NCBI RefSeq assembly: GCF_048593235.1
Contig: NC_133618.1
Coordinates: 513,875,675 to 513,939,416, forward strand
Length of the DNA: 63,742 nucleotides
Reading direction: 5' to 3'
From: Sminthopsis crassicaudata
Lineage: Eukaryota
Positions within the stretch are counted from its first letter, which is position 1. The number at the start of each line of letters is the position of its first letter. The translations under genes were made by a program, and so were the position numbers. Under the pieces are notes generated by a model. It did not search any database. It saw only the letters and a program-made list of their open reading frames with translations, and was not told the origin of the DNA. Positions 10,393 to 22,473 of this stretch are shown here, one piece after another.

Positions 10393-13300
10393 GGCACCTT
10401 CGCCACGGCCGGCGGGGCAGCCGCTTCGCGGCGCCGCCTCGGCCCGCTTCCCCAGCTGTCAGCTTATCAGGCGTTCGCCTCTTGGGGAGCCTCCCGCACT
10501 CGCGCCTCAGCCCCAGCCGGCAGGATCCGCTGTCAGCTCTCAGCTTCCCTCTCCATAGCTCCTCCGCGTCCTCTCGTCGGGGCCGGCGTCTCCTCTGAGC
10601 GTGCGCTTACAGCGAGGCAGCCCGCGCCCTCCGTGCCCCGCGGCCACAGCCCGCTTGACAGGTGGCTCCCCATCTGTCTCCGCAGCCCGCTGCGCCAGGG
10701 GGCGGGGACTCCGCCCTCCCCCAGCCCTGTCTCGCCCCAATCCTGGGCGAGCCCCGCCGCCTCCTCGGCCCACCAGGGGTTAACCCGAGTCAGGAAGGGC
10801 AGCAGCGGGGGAAGAGTTAAAACGTTCTCTTTGCGATCGAGCGTCCTTGTCTTCACTCTCTCCCTTCCTCCCCTTCCACACCGTCCTTGTCCTCAGGTGA
10901 GAAGATGGGGCAGGGTCAGTTTATCAGTCATCCCCGTGGGCGAGTTGAGGGAAGTAAAGGGCAGGGGGGGCAAAGCCGAGCGTTCTCTGCCTTGACTTCA
11001 GCCTGAAAGCCCGGGAGGTGCAGGGAGGGTGAGGTCGGTTTCGGTATGGAGCTCGACACCGGCTTCTCGGAGTCCCTCTCCCACCCCACCCCCTCTCTTC
11101 CCAGGTCCGGAGGTGGATTTCCTATTGTGCCTTGTCCTCCCATACTTGGAAGAGGAGGCAAGCCCTCCCTCAAAACAGAGTTTGAGATCTTGTCACAATG
11201 TCTGTTAAAAATAAACCGATGGCATTAAAAACCAACAAAATAAATCCCGCCCAAATTCATCTTGGATTTGGAAATATTTCTGTAATTAATTTCCGTTCTA
11301 CAAATATTAAGTAACATATGCTAAATTCGGAGGATACAGATTTACCAAAAAAAACCAACCTTGCCCTTGAGGAACTTGGAATCTAATGTAGGGGTATTCT
11401 GAAACAGCTGCACGAATAAGTTAAATAATGACTTCAGTGTGTAAGAGAATTGAAATTTGGGAGTTTAAGGGAGGGAGTTAGGTAGGGACATCCAGGAAGG
11501 CTTCATGAGGTATATAGCACCGAGGTTTATTCTCGGAGAAATACACACGTACCCTCTAAGCAAAGAAATTGAAATACTCCTTAAGGTGTTGCTATATTGA
11601 AATCTGAAGTTTTGAGAAAGATTACATCTTGAAGAGGTATGGTGTAGGAGGATGGGACGTTAGATAAAAGTATGTAGGACCACCATTGAAAGGCTCAAGT
11701 GAACCAAGAAAGCATTTAAAAATAGGAACAGATAGAGATGGTTGATGGGCCTCAATCACAAGACTGGATGGAAACAATGCTCAGCACAGAGCTGTGATTT
11801 AGGGAAATGAAGAAGCTTATTAGGATATTATCTTTTATCTGAAGCAGAGGATTGTTTTTTCATGATCTGAGGGGGCTGGAGCTAGGAAAAAAACCTATAT
11901 AATTCCTTTGTATACAGTAGCATTAGAAGGTTTGCAAAGCACAATGGATACTCAATCACTTGATCTCATAACTTCCCTGTGAGGCAGATAGGACGATTTC
12001 CTATCTATCTTACATGGAGAGGGAAAAAGCTCACAAAGACTAAGTCCAGCATTCTTTCTACTCTACTGATATGGCTTTTAAGTGTATATTGAACTAAATC
12101 TGTCCCTTATTAAAGTTCCTTAACGATAGGGACCAGGTATGGATTATTTGTTTACTTTATTGGCTAGCACTGCATTTTACAGATTTCATACCATAATTAG
12201 AGGTGTGATCCACTATCAGTACTATTAATTTCTTTGGGTAGAGTTGTTTGAGCACATGTAGGGGTCACAGCAAATGTTAGGATTGGAATCTTTTCTACTA
12301 CCTCCAAATGGAGCACTCTTTTTCCAATACTATGCTGACTTTATGCCCCTTGTTGAATTATAAGTTGCTTGAGGGCAGGAACCATGAATATCTAGCCTTT
12401 TTTTTTTTTTTTTTTTTTAACTCTAGGACTTAGATGAATTTGTGATCCATTGACTTTTGACTCTGACTTAATGGATAAGTCTTACAGAGGAATATAGAAA
12501 GTAAGAGACATGTCTAAGTTCTCATGGCTATTAGATGTCAGAAACTGAGTTTCAACTCTTTATTTTCCAGAAACTAAATCTAATGTACTCTCCATTATCC
12601 CACTGTCACTTGGATTCAGACCTTACATTGCATGTATTTGAAGGACAAATCCTTAGGTTTCCCTTGGAAGAGGGTTTTTGTAGTAATGGAATCTAACTGG
12701 AGAATCTTTTTGATCTTTATTGGGGGTGGGGAATGGGTGAAAATGTGTACAAGCTCTTTGGAACTTTCTGTTCCAGTAAAGAACACAGTTTGAAAGAGAT
12801 CAAAAAGATGTGAACACTGTTCTCATGCCTCCTTTTAAGTTCATTTGTCCTTTGCTACAAAGTATGAAGTTTCAGTGGCAAGAATGCTGGACTTGCTATG
12901 TGAGGAGGGACCCTGGAACCTTCTACAGTTTAATGTCCTAAGATTCCATTTACTCAGCTGCATAATGGAGATAATAGCTGTAGCATCTCTCACAGCACTG
13001 TTGTGAGAATCAAATAAGATAATGTATATTATTAATATATGTAATTTTTGTAAAGCACTTTGCAAATTTTAAAGTGCTATAAACATATAGCATTTATTAG
13101 CTATTATTATTATTTCCTTCTCTAGGATCAGACTACTACTATACATTTCTAAGATGCCAGCCCACCAGCGAGTAGGCAGTTTTTTGGACCACTCTTTCTT
13201 TTTTTTACCTCTAGTTCCCTCTGCTAAAAAAAAGTTTAGTAAATTCAGATTACCCCCTAGAGAGCACTTGGCAAACACTGACTTGCCCTCAGGTAGAATA

Positions 13301-13589
13301 TAGCTTTCTCTTTCTCCATGGCTTTGTTTCCCTGGTGCAGATTACTGGTTGCTCCCAGATCTCTGGGAAAAGAAACACAGCATGCCAATCCTAGTCACCC
13401 AAGCTGCCAGCTTTTCTCCCTTCATCTTCTGGATCATATCTCTGCTTTACCCTGCTCTCTTTAGCCCTCTGGGGCTGTGTCTTTCCTAGTTACCTCCCCC
13501 CCACTTCACTCCCTCTCTGCCCCCCATTCCTTTCCCAGTTCCTCTCCTGCCCCGCCTCTCTGCTCTGGACGCATCTCTGAGCCCCATCA

Positions 13590-13704
13590 TCACCAAGCGC
13601 CAGGCACTCCCTCTCTCCCTCCCTCTTCTTTTCTCCTCCCTCCTTTCCTCCCTCCCACCTCCTGCACCAGGAAACTGCCTAGAGCCTGGGGAGCGGCCTG
13701 ACCC
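13590..13704 (+). other. BCL2L2: BCL2L2 non-coding exon 1 (5' bound approximate)
   Basis: ctcctgcaccaggaaac...gcggcctgaccc|gtgaga resembles the recalled mammalian BCL2L2 leader; GT donor at 13705. Confidence 0.6.
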
Positions 13705-14022
13705 GTGAGATCCCTAACCTGGCGGACTGGGGGGTGGAGACAGGGTTGAGGGTGGGGGTAAGGGAGGGGCAGGAGCAGGCCCTGTGGGTTGGGTTCTGTT
13801 TGTATGTGTGAATGTGTGTGTGTGTGTGTGTGGGGGGGGGTGCCGGGAATGTTATCCACCGGAGTCCCCTCTGTCCGAGGCTTCCTGAGAACGATCATTA
13901 AACATGGATTCAGTCAGTAAACCACAGCTGGCAGAGGGGTGGGGGCTGGGCCTGGGTCCGGGTTCTAGGGCAACATTTAGTTTTCCCTATCATTGACCAT
14001 GATCCCTACCCTCCACCCCTAG

Positions 14023-14107
14023 GGCTCCATAGCTGGGAGGATGAAAGGCCTCAGCTGGGGGCTCCCTGCCACCAGCGCTGTATCCTAGGAGCTGCTGCCC
14101 AGGCTTG
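14023..14107 (+). other. BCL2L2: BCL2L2 non-coding exon 2 (alternative acceptor at 14033)
   Basis: ggatgaaaggcc..cagctgggggctcc..gccaccag resembles the recalled human 5'UTR; strong donor TTG|gtaagt. Confidence 0.75.
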
Positions 14108-14575
14108 GTAAGTGCCCCCAATATCTTGTTAACCCTCTGCTTCCCTTATCTTCCCCATTATTGTATTTTAATACCTTTCATTTTATATGTATAGTATATT
14201 GATATATTAATCTGGCTCCTCCTCCCACCCAGCTTTTGGGAGAATTCTAGCTTCTGTTCTATCCTAGCTTGCCCTGAGTCCCTCAGAACAGGAAAGATAC
14301 TATCTTAATTACTCTTTAAGAGAAATAGTAAATTTCACTTATTATTTGTAATACAAGTTTAATGACCAAAAACACTGAATCTAGTCCCCTTATTACTGCT
14401 TAATTATCTCATTGTCTCTATTCCATTTCTTACTTTTATTTTCCATAGTTCATGCTGTCATACTAGCTGGTCAAACATGAAAAAATACCCGTTTGGGCTG
14501 TCTGGGTATGCTCAGTTTATAGTGGAGCATTGCTCAAGCCCCATTTTCTTCTCTCTGCCTTTTATAGCCAGCCAG

Positions 14576-15007
14576 ATGGCGACTCCAGCCTCAGCCCCAG
14601 ATACTCGAGCCCTGGTGGCAGATTTTGTGGGTTATAAGCTAAGGCAGAAGGGCTATGCCTGTGGAACTGGCCCAGGAGAGGGCCCTACAAATGAGCCTCT
14701 GCATCGGGCCATGCGAGCTGCTGGAGATGAGTTTGAGTCCCGTTTCCGACGCACATTTTCTGATCTGGCTGCTCAGTTGCATGTGACTCCTGGCTCAGCC
14801 CAGCAGCGCTTTACCCAGGTCTCAGATGAGCTCTTCCAGGGGGGGGCCAACTGGGGCCGTCTTGTGGCATTCTTCGTCTTTGGGGCAGCGCTCTGTGCAG
14901 AGAGCGTCAACAAAGAGATGGAGCCACTGGTGGGACAGGTTCAGGATTGGATGGTGACCTACCTAGAGACACAGCTGGCAGACTGGATCCACAGCAGCGG
15001 GGGCTGG
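14576..15007 (+). CDS. BCL2L2: BCL2L2 (BCL-W) coding exon 1; model 14576-15007 + 15671-15820 = 193 aa
   Basis: MATPASAPDTRALVADFVGYKLRQKG (BH4), GDEFE (BH3), NWGRLVAFF (BH1), WIHSSGGW (BH2); donor TGG|gtaaga, phase 0. Confidence 0.99.
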
Positions 15008-15670
15008 GTAAGAGGCTTCCCTTTTCTAATATAAACTGCACATTCCCCAGAAAAGCTTGCCTCACTTGGGGAGGGGAAACAGTTGTGATGGGGAGGCTGG
15101 TCTCTGATGGGATAGGAATACATTGGTGTTGCATGGTAAATCTAGGGTGTGGGGGAAGAGCAACAGTTTGGGTGGAGTTAGGCCATCTAGGTGGAGAGGT
15201 AATGTTAGTCTACATTTATGGAGTTACTACTGTATACAGTATGAAGTTCTGTGCACTCTGGGAAAATATAAAAACATAATAAATACACATGAAAAAAGTA
15301 TAAGTAATACATGTAAGGAAGAGAGGTCTAAGGTAGTTCATGTTGAAGTTTAAATATAAATCCTGAAGGGATATGGAAGAGCTGTGGCCAGAGTGGTATA
15401 GAGTTAGGTTGAGAAATCTGCGTAAGAAGTTAATTTTGAAAAGGATTTTTTTTTTTTTGCAAAGAAAAAAGATATGGGGTACACTTGAAGCAGAGAATTT
15501 TAGCAAGGTATTTGTGAGGGACACCAAGCAAGGCTGGAGCTGGGACATGGGATACAACTACAGTATAGATGGAACTGGAATTCTTCCCCTCCCCTTCTCT
15601 CCATCTCCTCTCCTAACATCCCTTTCTTCCTTCTCCTTTTTCTCTTCCCCACTTCCCTTCTCTCCCACAG

Positions 15671-15820
15671 GCGGAATTCACGGCTCTGTACGGGGATGGG
15701 GCCCTGGAGGAGGCAAGGCGTCTGCGGGAGGGGAACTGGGCCTCAGTGCGTACAGTGCTAACAGGGGCTGTGGCACTGGGGGCTTTGGTGACTGTGGGGG
15801 CCTTCTTTGCCAGCAAGTGA
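15671..15820 (+). CDS. BCL2L2: BCL2L2 coding exon 2 (C-terminal membrane anchor)
   Basis: Acceptor cccacag|GCG; AEFTALYGDGALEEARRLREGNWASVRTVLTGAVALGALVTVGAFFASK*. Confidence 0.99.
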   Translation, partial: AEFTALYGDGALEEARRLREGNWASVRTVLTGAVALGALVTVGAFFASK

Positions 15821-18427
15821 GAACTCAACCCAGTGTTGGGTCTAGAGTGGCTGTGGGAAGGAGAGAGTAGGGTAGAATGGAGAGAACCCCTTGGGAGAGG
15901 TGGGATGGATGAATGGGGAAGGGACAGGGATAAAAGGGGATGCACTGGGGGAGGTGGGGAGGGTTTGGGGGGGAAATAAGTGAACTCTGTATGTCAGGCA
16001 GGAGTTTGGAAGGTTGAGCCAAAGAAATGTGGAAGACACATCTGGAAAGTCATTGTGTTCAAGACTGGGGGAGTCACAGCAGGATTGGAGCCAGGACTGG
16101 GTGGGTTTTAGAAGGGAATGCCCATAAATTGAGCAGTGTGGAGAGGAGATCATCCTCTAGGGAATTTGGGATTTGTAACCCTAGGTGGTGATGGACTTTT
16201 TGAGGGAGTACAGTAAAAATATATGAGAGATGAAGTCTTCATTGGATAGGTAAGATTTGGGGAGAAAGTTTTAGGATCTTTGGAATGACTGTGGGTACCC
16301 TGGGGTTCTCAGTTTGCAGTGAGAAGTGGGTGTTTTAAGTGGGGTGCTTGGATGTGTGTGTATGTATGCACTTGTGAGCTTTGTATACCTGGTGTGGTGA
16401 TGGAATTCTTCCTCAAGGAAAAATAACTTTCCCTAGCAATGAACAAGAGGAGTTAGATCTCCCCTTGGTTGCCCCAGTGCTAGGGGTAGGGGGTAAGAGG
16501 TAGGGAACTATAGACTGAGAATTTTGAGGCTGTTCTGCAGAAAGTAGTAAGCAGAATTTGAAGGAAGAGGGCAGAGTATGCTAGTTGAAATGGCTCAGTT
16601 TTGTAGTTGTCCTCACTTCCCTCATTAGTCCCTTCTCCATGCCTTTAGCACTTGCTGTTGCCCCTTCTAGGGCTCTGGTCAAAGCAGAACTAAGGAGCTT
16701 TGGGAGGGAAGGACATTTTAATCATCTGTCCCCCTTTTTCCAGTGGGATGCAGTGGTGCCTGGAAAGGTTCCCTATCTCTGGGACCTCTCTACCCAAATT
16801 TAAACACTAAATTGGGGTTGAAATTTCCCTTTTTGAAAGTATGAATACAAATGTTGATCCAGAACCTAGCTCTGTGTACTAAACACTAAGCCTCAGTGAA
16901 ACTGAGTCTATATGCCTTGAGAGGGACATTCCCAGCTCTGAACTCAGGGGTGGGGGTAGGGTTTACTCTAGAAGCCAACCCATTCCATGTGGTGGGCATT
17001 GCTGCTGCTAGATCAAAGGCCAGGTATATGGGTTCTAGAGTGCATACCATGATCTAGAAACATTTATGTATGCTTTGAAGCTAGGCTGGTTGCATGGGTG
17101 TTAACTGTCTGCATCTCTTAGTGTGAGAATGCTGGATTTCTGTAACCCACATATGGATCCAGAAATAACTCTTTCTTTGAAGGAAGGAACTCTTCTTTCC
17201 TCTGGATGCATGGCCCTGAGCCAGACCTTGCTGCTGCACTTTCCAAGGTGCTAAAATTGCTGCTCTTAAATGCTGACTCCAGATATGCTGTGCTCTAGAA
17301 CCCTGCCTGTGATCCAGAGCACTGATTTGCTCATCTAGAACACAGTTGGCTCTTCTGGGTAGAGACTTTTACTTGGTCCCAGAATGTGGCAACTTAGTTG
17401 CGCTGCTCTAGAATGTGGGACCAATCTTGGCCTCAGGTGTTTAATCCAAACTTTTGCTTTTGAAAGCTGTGTTCCTTAAGAGGAATTTGTAGGGGAGATG
17501 ACAGACATTCTGCTGAGACTGTACTGGGTGAGATGGTATCATGAGCCATAAAGCACTGAGTCAGTTACAAGTGATTAGCAAGGAGAGGAGGACAGTTAAC
17601 ACTGACTTAACAGTGACAAACCCAGACCAACTAACAGCTCACAATTGGAGCTTATGTTCCTCTACCCTTACAACACAGCTCTTTCCCCCACCCTCTACCA
17701 CAGACTCCTAACCTGTGGCCTCTGTTAGCTCCCTTCTGGGTCTTTACTAACAGGGGTACCAGGAACCATGGTCAGAAGGACAAAAAACGCACTGCTAAGA
17801 GGCTCCTGCTCCTGGATGGAGGGGCAGGGGTTATTGGTTTAAAGGGGAGGATGCTCAGACTTGGTCTCTAGAAGCATGGCTGCATTGGGACCACAATGGG
17901 CAGTTTTGGCCAGACACTCTTTCTGGGGGCAGTGGAAACCCCTAAGATCTTTCCTTCAGAAAACCAGGGACTTTTCTATTTGGGGCTATTCAGTTCCTGG
18001 GGGTTGTCTCTTAGCCAAGCAGGCTGAGTGTGACTCCCTGTTTTTAAGTCCATTTCATTAAAAGTAGGGGGAAACACATTTAATTGCCATTTTCAAAAGG
18101 GTAAACTTGGTGGAGAGGCTGGGAGGAGTGTTTTTTGCTCCCAAGAGCCCATAGGGGCAAGTGGGAGGCTTTGCTTAGGCCATGGGAGGAGTGGAGATGG
18201 GGCAGCTAGGTCCTGAGAGTGCTTATCCCACTCCCCACTTCTGCCAGGACATACATTATTTTTCTTTTTCAAGTCAGAAAACAATGCGAGAACGGATTTG
18301 GTTAGTTTAGAAGAAAAGAAAAAAGCTCTATAAATATAAATATATATTCATGTATTTTTATTTAATAATTTATAAATACTGGGTTAATTTGACTTTTATT
18401 TTTGTGTAATATGTAATGGTCGTATTA

Positions 18428-18433
18428 AATAAA
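18428..18433 (+). terminator. BCL2L2 polyadenylation signal, giving a ~2.6 kb 3'UTR
   Basis: AATAAA preceded by an AU-rich block (~18328-18410). Confidence 0.8.
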
Positions 18434-21036
18434 ATCCAGAAGTTTAATGAGGACTGAACAGGGTTTGTGACTTCTGCATTTACAACTGGAAGGATGGGGT
18501 GGGTGGATACTGGCCTCATTCCAATCACCTTTCTGTGTATTTTTTTTAGGAGTAGAAATTAAGCTAGGAGGGATGTGGGAACTTGGGGAGTTTCTAATAA
18601 AGAATTAACATAAGAGCCTCTGCTTCCATCCACATGACCTAAGCCAATATTTCTCTGATAATAAGAACCTAAGCAAGAATATATGTGGCAATCCTGACCT
18701 TTTCCGTACTTTTCTGTATCATCCTCTCCTTCCCTGCCATCTCCCTCCACATCCCAACTATGGTTCTCAGGCTTTAAACTTCATTTGGGAGATTAATTTT
18801 GCCTGATTAAAGTCAGAGTGTGCTATCCCAGATAGAGCTGACTGAATCAGAAAGAATTTGGTTCATATCTGATTTCTTATGCATACTTTCTTTGTGACTT
18901 TGGGCAAGTCAGCCAACCCTCAATGGTCCAGGGAACTCTTTTGAGACTATAGTTTTCAGAACAGTTGCTTATTTGCATTGGTTGGAGTTTTCTCATTTGG
19001 GAGTTATCCTTATCAATGAAATCACAATTCTTTATGAATTCACAAGTTTTAAAAAAGACTGTCATTTGTTTTAGATTTAATAGTTATGGAAAAAAAAAAA
19101 AACAGCTTTTGTACCTTCTCTAATTTCCTTAATTAGTGGATCCTAATCATTTTACATATGAGCTAATCCTCTGCTTCTGAGCAAGGCTTTTTCAAAACCC
19201 ATTTCTGACAAAAATCGTTATTTACAAAAACTTTTCAGGCAACAAGATTCCAGGCTTTATGTAATATATTGTATTACCCTCCCCCAGCTCCAAACAGTCC
19301 TCACTATAAATTTGGGAATCCTTTTATTTATCTTGACTGCCTTTTGTTGCAGTTTCAGAAAATTTACTTGTGTTCTGTTCTCCAAAGAACAAGAGAACAG
19401 CTAGTATCCATCTGGAGTTCTTTTGCCTCCTCTCATCTATTCCCCCAAACTTCAGATTCCAGCCAAGTCCTACATTTTTCCTCTACTCCATCTTGACCAT
19501 CTGCCTGCTCTTGCTCTCTCCCCAGTTTTAAAACTGTTGCTTACAACAGCTTCTCACCATACATCTGAGCAGTCTTATTTCCAGTAGTTCAACTCTCACC
19601 TTTCTACTATCTCAGAACCTTTTTACTTGATCCAGAAATAGTGTTTATTTCTCTCCATTAAATGTTTAATTAATTTGTTAAGTCACAAAATGTGCTAGAA
19701 GCTGTGGGAGTACAAATGTGAAACAAAATAGTCCTTACATTTAAGGGTCTTGTAATCTAATAGGCAAGTGATTGCTATTTGAAGGTTTTTCATATGGTAC
19801 TGACTACACCTAAAAACAGTTTCTTTTAAGGTTGTAGTACCATACATTCGGTGCGTTCATAATATTTATCTCTGATAGAAACTTTAATATGGAGCGATGA
19901 GTAAAAGTATCTCCAAATTAATTAAACTCTTTAGAGTGTATCAATTAATACAATAGCAATGCATTTCCACTTTCATTGTATGACTTATATGTGAACTCCT
20001 TTGTTTTAGACTGTTTGGGTCCTTAGCCAAGCCTATAGCCAATGTCAGTTTGATTCTTCTTTCAAGGTATGAGTCAATCAAGCACTTATTAGATAGATAC
20101 TCTGAATCAATTAGCTATGCTACTTTGATGAACTTTTTGAATGATATGAGTGATTTAATCTTTAATTTATTCCTTTTCATCTATATCATTTTTATAAGAT
20201 TAGGTGAGGTCAACTTTCTGGTAACCAGCCTCTTCAAACTTGGCTAGAGGTTTATCTGTGGCTGACCATAGCCAGATGTTTGGCCTCTTCTAAAAAGCTT
20301 TTCTACTTTATTTAGATCTGCTAGTGCCTGTACTCTGTTGGTACAGTATTTGAGAACCCCTGATCTGCTGCCCTGCAGTAAGACTTGAGTAGGATAGACA
20401 TATTGTGAAGGTAAAACACACTGTAACCCCAATAAATAGATTGATAATCTGGTTTAGTATTGCCAAAGCAGTGATGTCCGCCTCGAAGTTAGGGATCTTG
20501 ACGGGGAATGGAGAGTGGAAAAAAGGAGTTGCTATTTATGAAGTTTTAGAGAGTAAGGTTTCAAATTAAATCTACTAGCGTAGCGTTGTAAAGCCCATAT
20601 GTTTCTATGGCAAGATGTTGGAACTTGGCCATCTCCCCTTTTTATCAATGTCAAGATGAATCTTGAACCACAGGAAAGCCAAATAGTGTTTCCCACAGTC
20701 AGGTAGCCTACAGTCCTTTTTAAGGAATGTATTCCTTACTCTCTCAAAGTGGAAATGTGGCAGCTCTTCAGGGACGAGGGCCAGGCTGAGTTGGTGTGCT
20801 GGTTTCTGCTTCATGTTTATAGGAGAGGTTTCTGGAAGTATAGAGAGCAACAGACCTTGGGAAAAGTCAGGAGAGAAGGGGTGAAGCAGTCACTCTTGAA
20901 TGCAAGTCGAATCCTGAATGGAATATTGTGGTTCGTGAAACAAAATACAAACGCTCCTATTCTAGCAGTCTACCCTCGGGAAAGATACATCTTTCCCTTC
21001 TCAGGGTTCACTTGCTTTCGGAGTGACTGAAGAAAG

Positions 21037-21048
21037 CAAGATGGCGGC
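21037..21048 (+). promoter_or_regulatory. YY1 consensus site upstream of PABPN1
   Basis: CAAGATGGCGGC exact match; several CCAAT boxes between 21160 and 21470. Confidence 0.6.
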
Positions 21049-21518
21049 ATCCTCAGAACTCGATCATATGACCTAAGGTCCCGTGCTCTGACTTTGGCAG
21101 TCCGTTTGGCTGAAGCGGTCATGTGTTGTAACCTAGGTTGGGGGCCCTTCGAACCTCTGGGACCAATGGGCAACCAAGCTTCGGATAAGGTTGTGGGGCG
21201 GTGTGCGTGAGGTTCCGTTCCGCCTTTCGTAGTTAGTGACCAATCGCATCGCACGACAGCATGAGTGCCGAGAGGGGGCGCGGCCCATAGGGAGAGAGAG
21301 GCAGGGATGGCGTCACAGCGTGGCAGGATTGTTACCTAATGACGGGAGAAGGCGGGACCGACGTTGACTGACAGGCAAGTTTCCCTTACCGAGATTCGAG
21401 GATTTGGCTAGCTACCCCGCCTTAGAGGCGTGATCTTATTTGATTGCCAAGTAATTCTACCCAATGGACTCCGAGCGACTGGTGACGGGCAGGCTCCTTG
21501 GCTAATGAGCCCCCAGCG

Positions 21519-21675
21519 NNNNNNNNNNNNNNNNNNNNNNNNNNNNNNNNNNNNNNNNNNNNNNNNNNNNNNNNNNNNNNNNNNNNNNNNNNNNNNNNNN
21601 NNNNNNNNNNNNNNNNNNNNNNNNNNNNNNNNNNNNNNNNNNNNNNNNNNNNNNNNNNNNNNNNNNNNNNNNNNN
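21519..21675. other. Assembly gap (157 N) hiding the PABPN1 ATG and polyalanine tract
   Basis: N run; sequence resumes in frame at GEGAPGG. Confidence 0.95.
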
Positions 21676-21921
21676 GGGGAGGGGGCCCCGGGCGGCGCGG
21701 GGGACTACGGGAACGGGCTGGAGGCGGAGGAGCTGGAGCCAGAGGAATTGCTGCTAGAGCCCGAGCCAGAACCCGAGCCCGAGGAGGAGCCGCCCCGGCC
21801 CCGCGCCCCCCCGGGAGCCTCCGGCCCTGGGCCCGGCGCAGGAGCCCCTGGCAGTCAGGAGGAGGAGGAAGAGCCGGGCCTGGTCGAGGGCGACCCGGGG
21901 GACGGCGCTATCGAGGACCCG
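21676..21921 (+). CDS. PABPN1: PABPN1 exon 1, visible part (5' partial)
   Basis: [38 protein letters not shown]...GDGAIEDP; donor CCG|gtgagg, phase 0. Confidence 0.97.
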
Positions 21922-22358
21922 GTGAGGAGTGCTCGGGCGGGAGGTCGGGGTCATGGGGGAAGGGCCGGCGGGCTAGGGGCCGCCGTGGCGGCGGCGGCCG
22001 GCGGGGGGAGGGGTCGGGCGGGTCGTGGGCGGAGAATTACGCGGAGCTGGGCGGGACGGGACGGGACTCCGAGTCCTGGCTGGCTGGCTGGCTGGCTGGC
22101 TGGCGGCGGCGGCGGGCGGGAGGCTAAGGCTAGGGCCCAGGCCAGAGCCGGAGCCTGGACGCGGTGGGGCCCGTCCCGGGCCGAGGCGGAGGCGGAGGCG
22201 GGGGCGGGGGAGGAGGGGTGAGAGTGGAGAGGGCCGAAGGGGCTTCCCGAGGGGGAGGGGGTCTAGCCCTTGGTTCGGGCAGTCTCCGTGGCCGGAGAAG
22301 TCAGGAAGGCCCCTCCATGTTTCCTCTAAGCCCCGATCTCCTACCCCACCCATTCCAG

Positions 22359-22473
22359 GAGCTGGAGGCGATCAAAGCCCGAGTAAGGGAGATGGAGGAA
22401 GAGGCCGAGAAATTGAAGGAGCTTCAGAACGAGGTGGAGAAACAGATGAACATGAGCCCACCCCCAGGCAATG
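22359..22473 (+). CDS. PABPN1: PABPN1 exon 2 (coiled coil)
   Basis: [38 protein letters not shown]; 115 nt; AG/GT boundaries. Confidence 0.98.

Larger units (their letters stand above)
9100..11100. promoter_or_regulatory. CpG island covering PPP1R3E and its promoter
   Basis: Abrupt GC/CpG-rich segment within CpG-depleted flanks; bounds approximate. Confidence 0.85.

Noticed and set aside
9048-10995. Many long plus-strand ORFs (up to 242 aa)
   Set aside because: Antisense shadows of the GC-rich PPP1R3E exons and CpG island; no recognisable domains
14477-14575. In-frame upstream ATG extending BCL-W by 33 aa
   Set aside because: Lies in intron 2, upstream of the polypyrimidine tract and acceptor at 14567
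15373-15870. 165-aa plus-strand ORF
   Set aside because: Intron sequence plus an alternative frame of the BCL2L2 last exon
22076-22116. (TGGC)n and (GGC)n run in PABPN1 intron 1
   Set aside because: Short simple repeat in a GC-rich intron; no further evidence of function
21430-22221. 263-aa ORF as the full PABPN1 N-terminus
   Set aside because: Starts at GTG, spans an N gap and reads through the intron 1 donor
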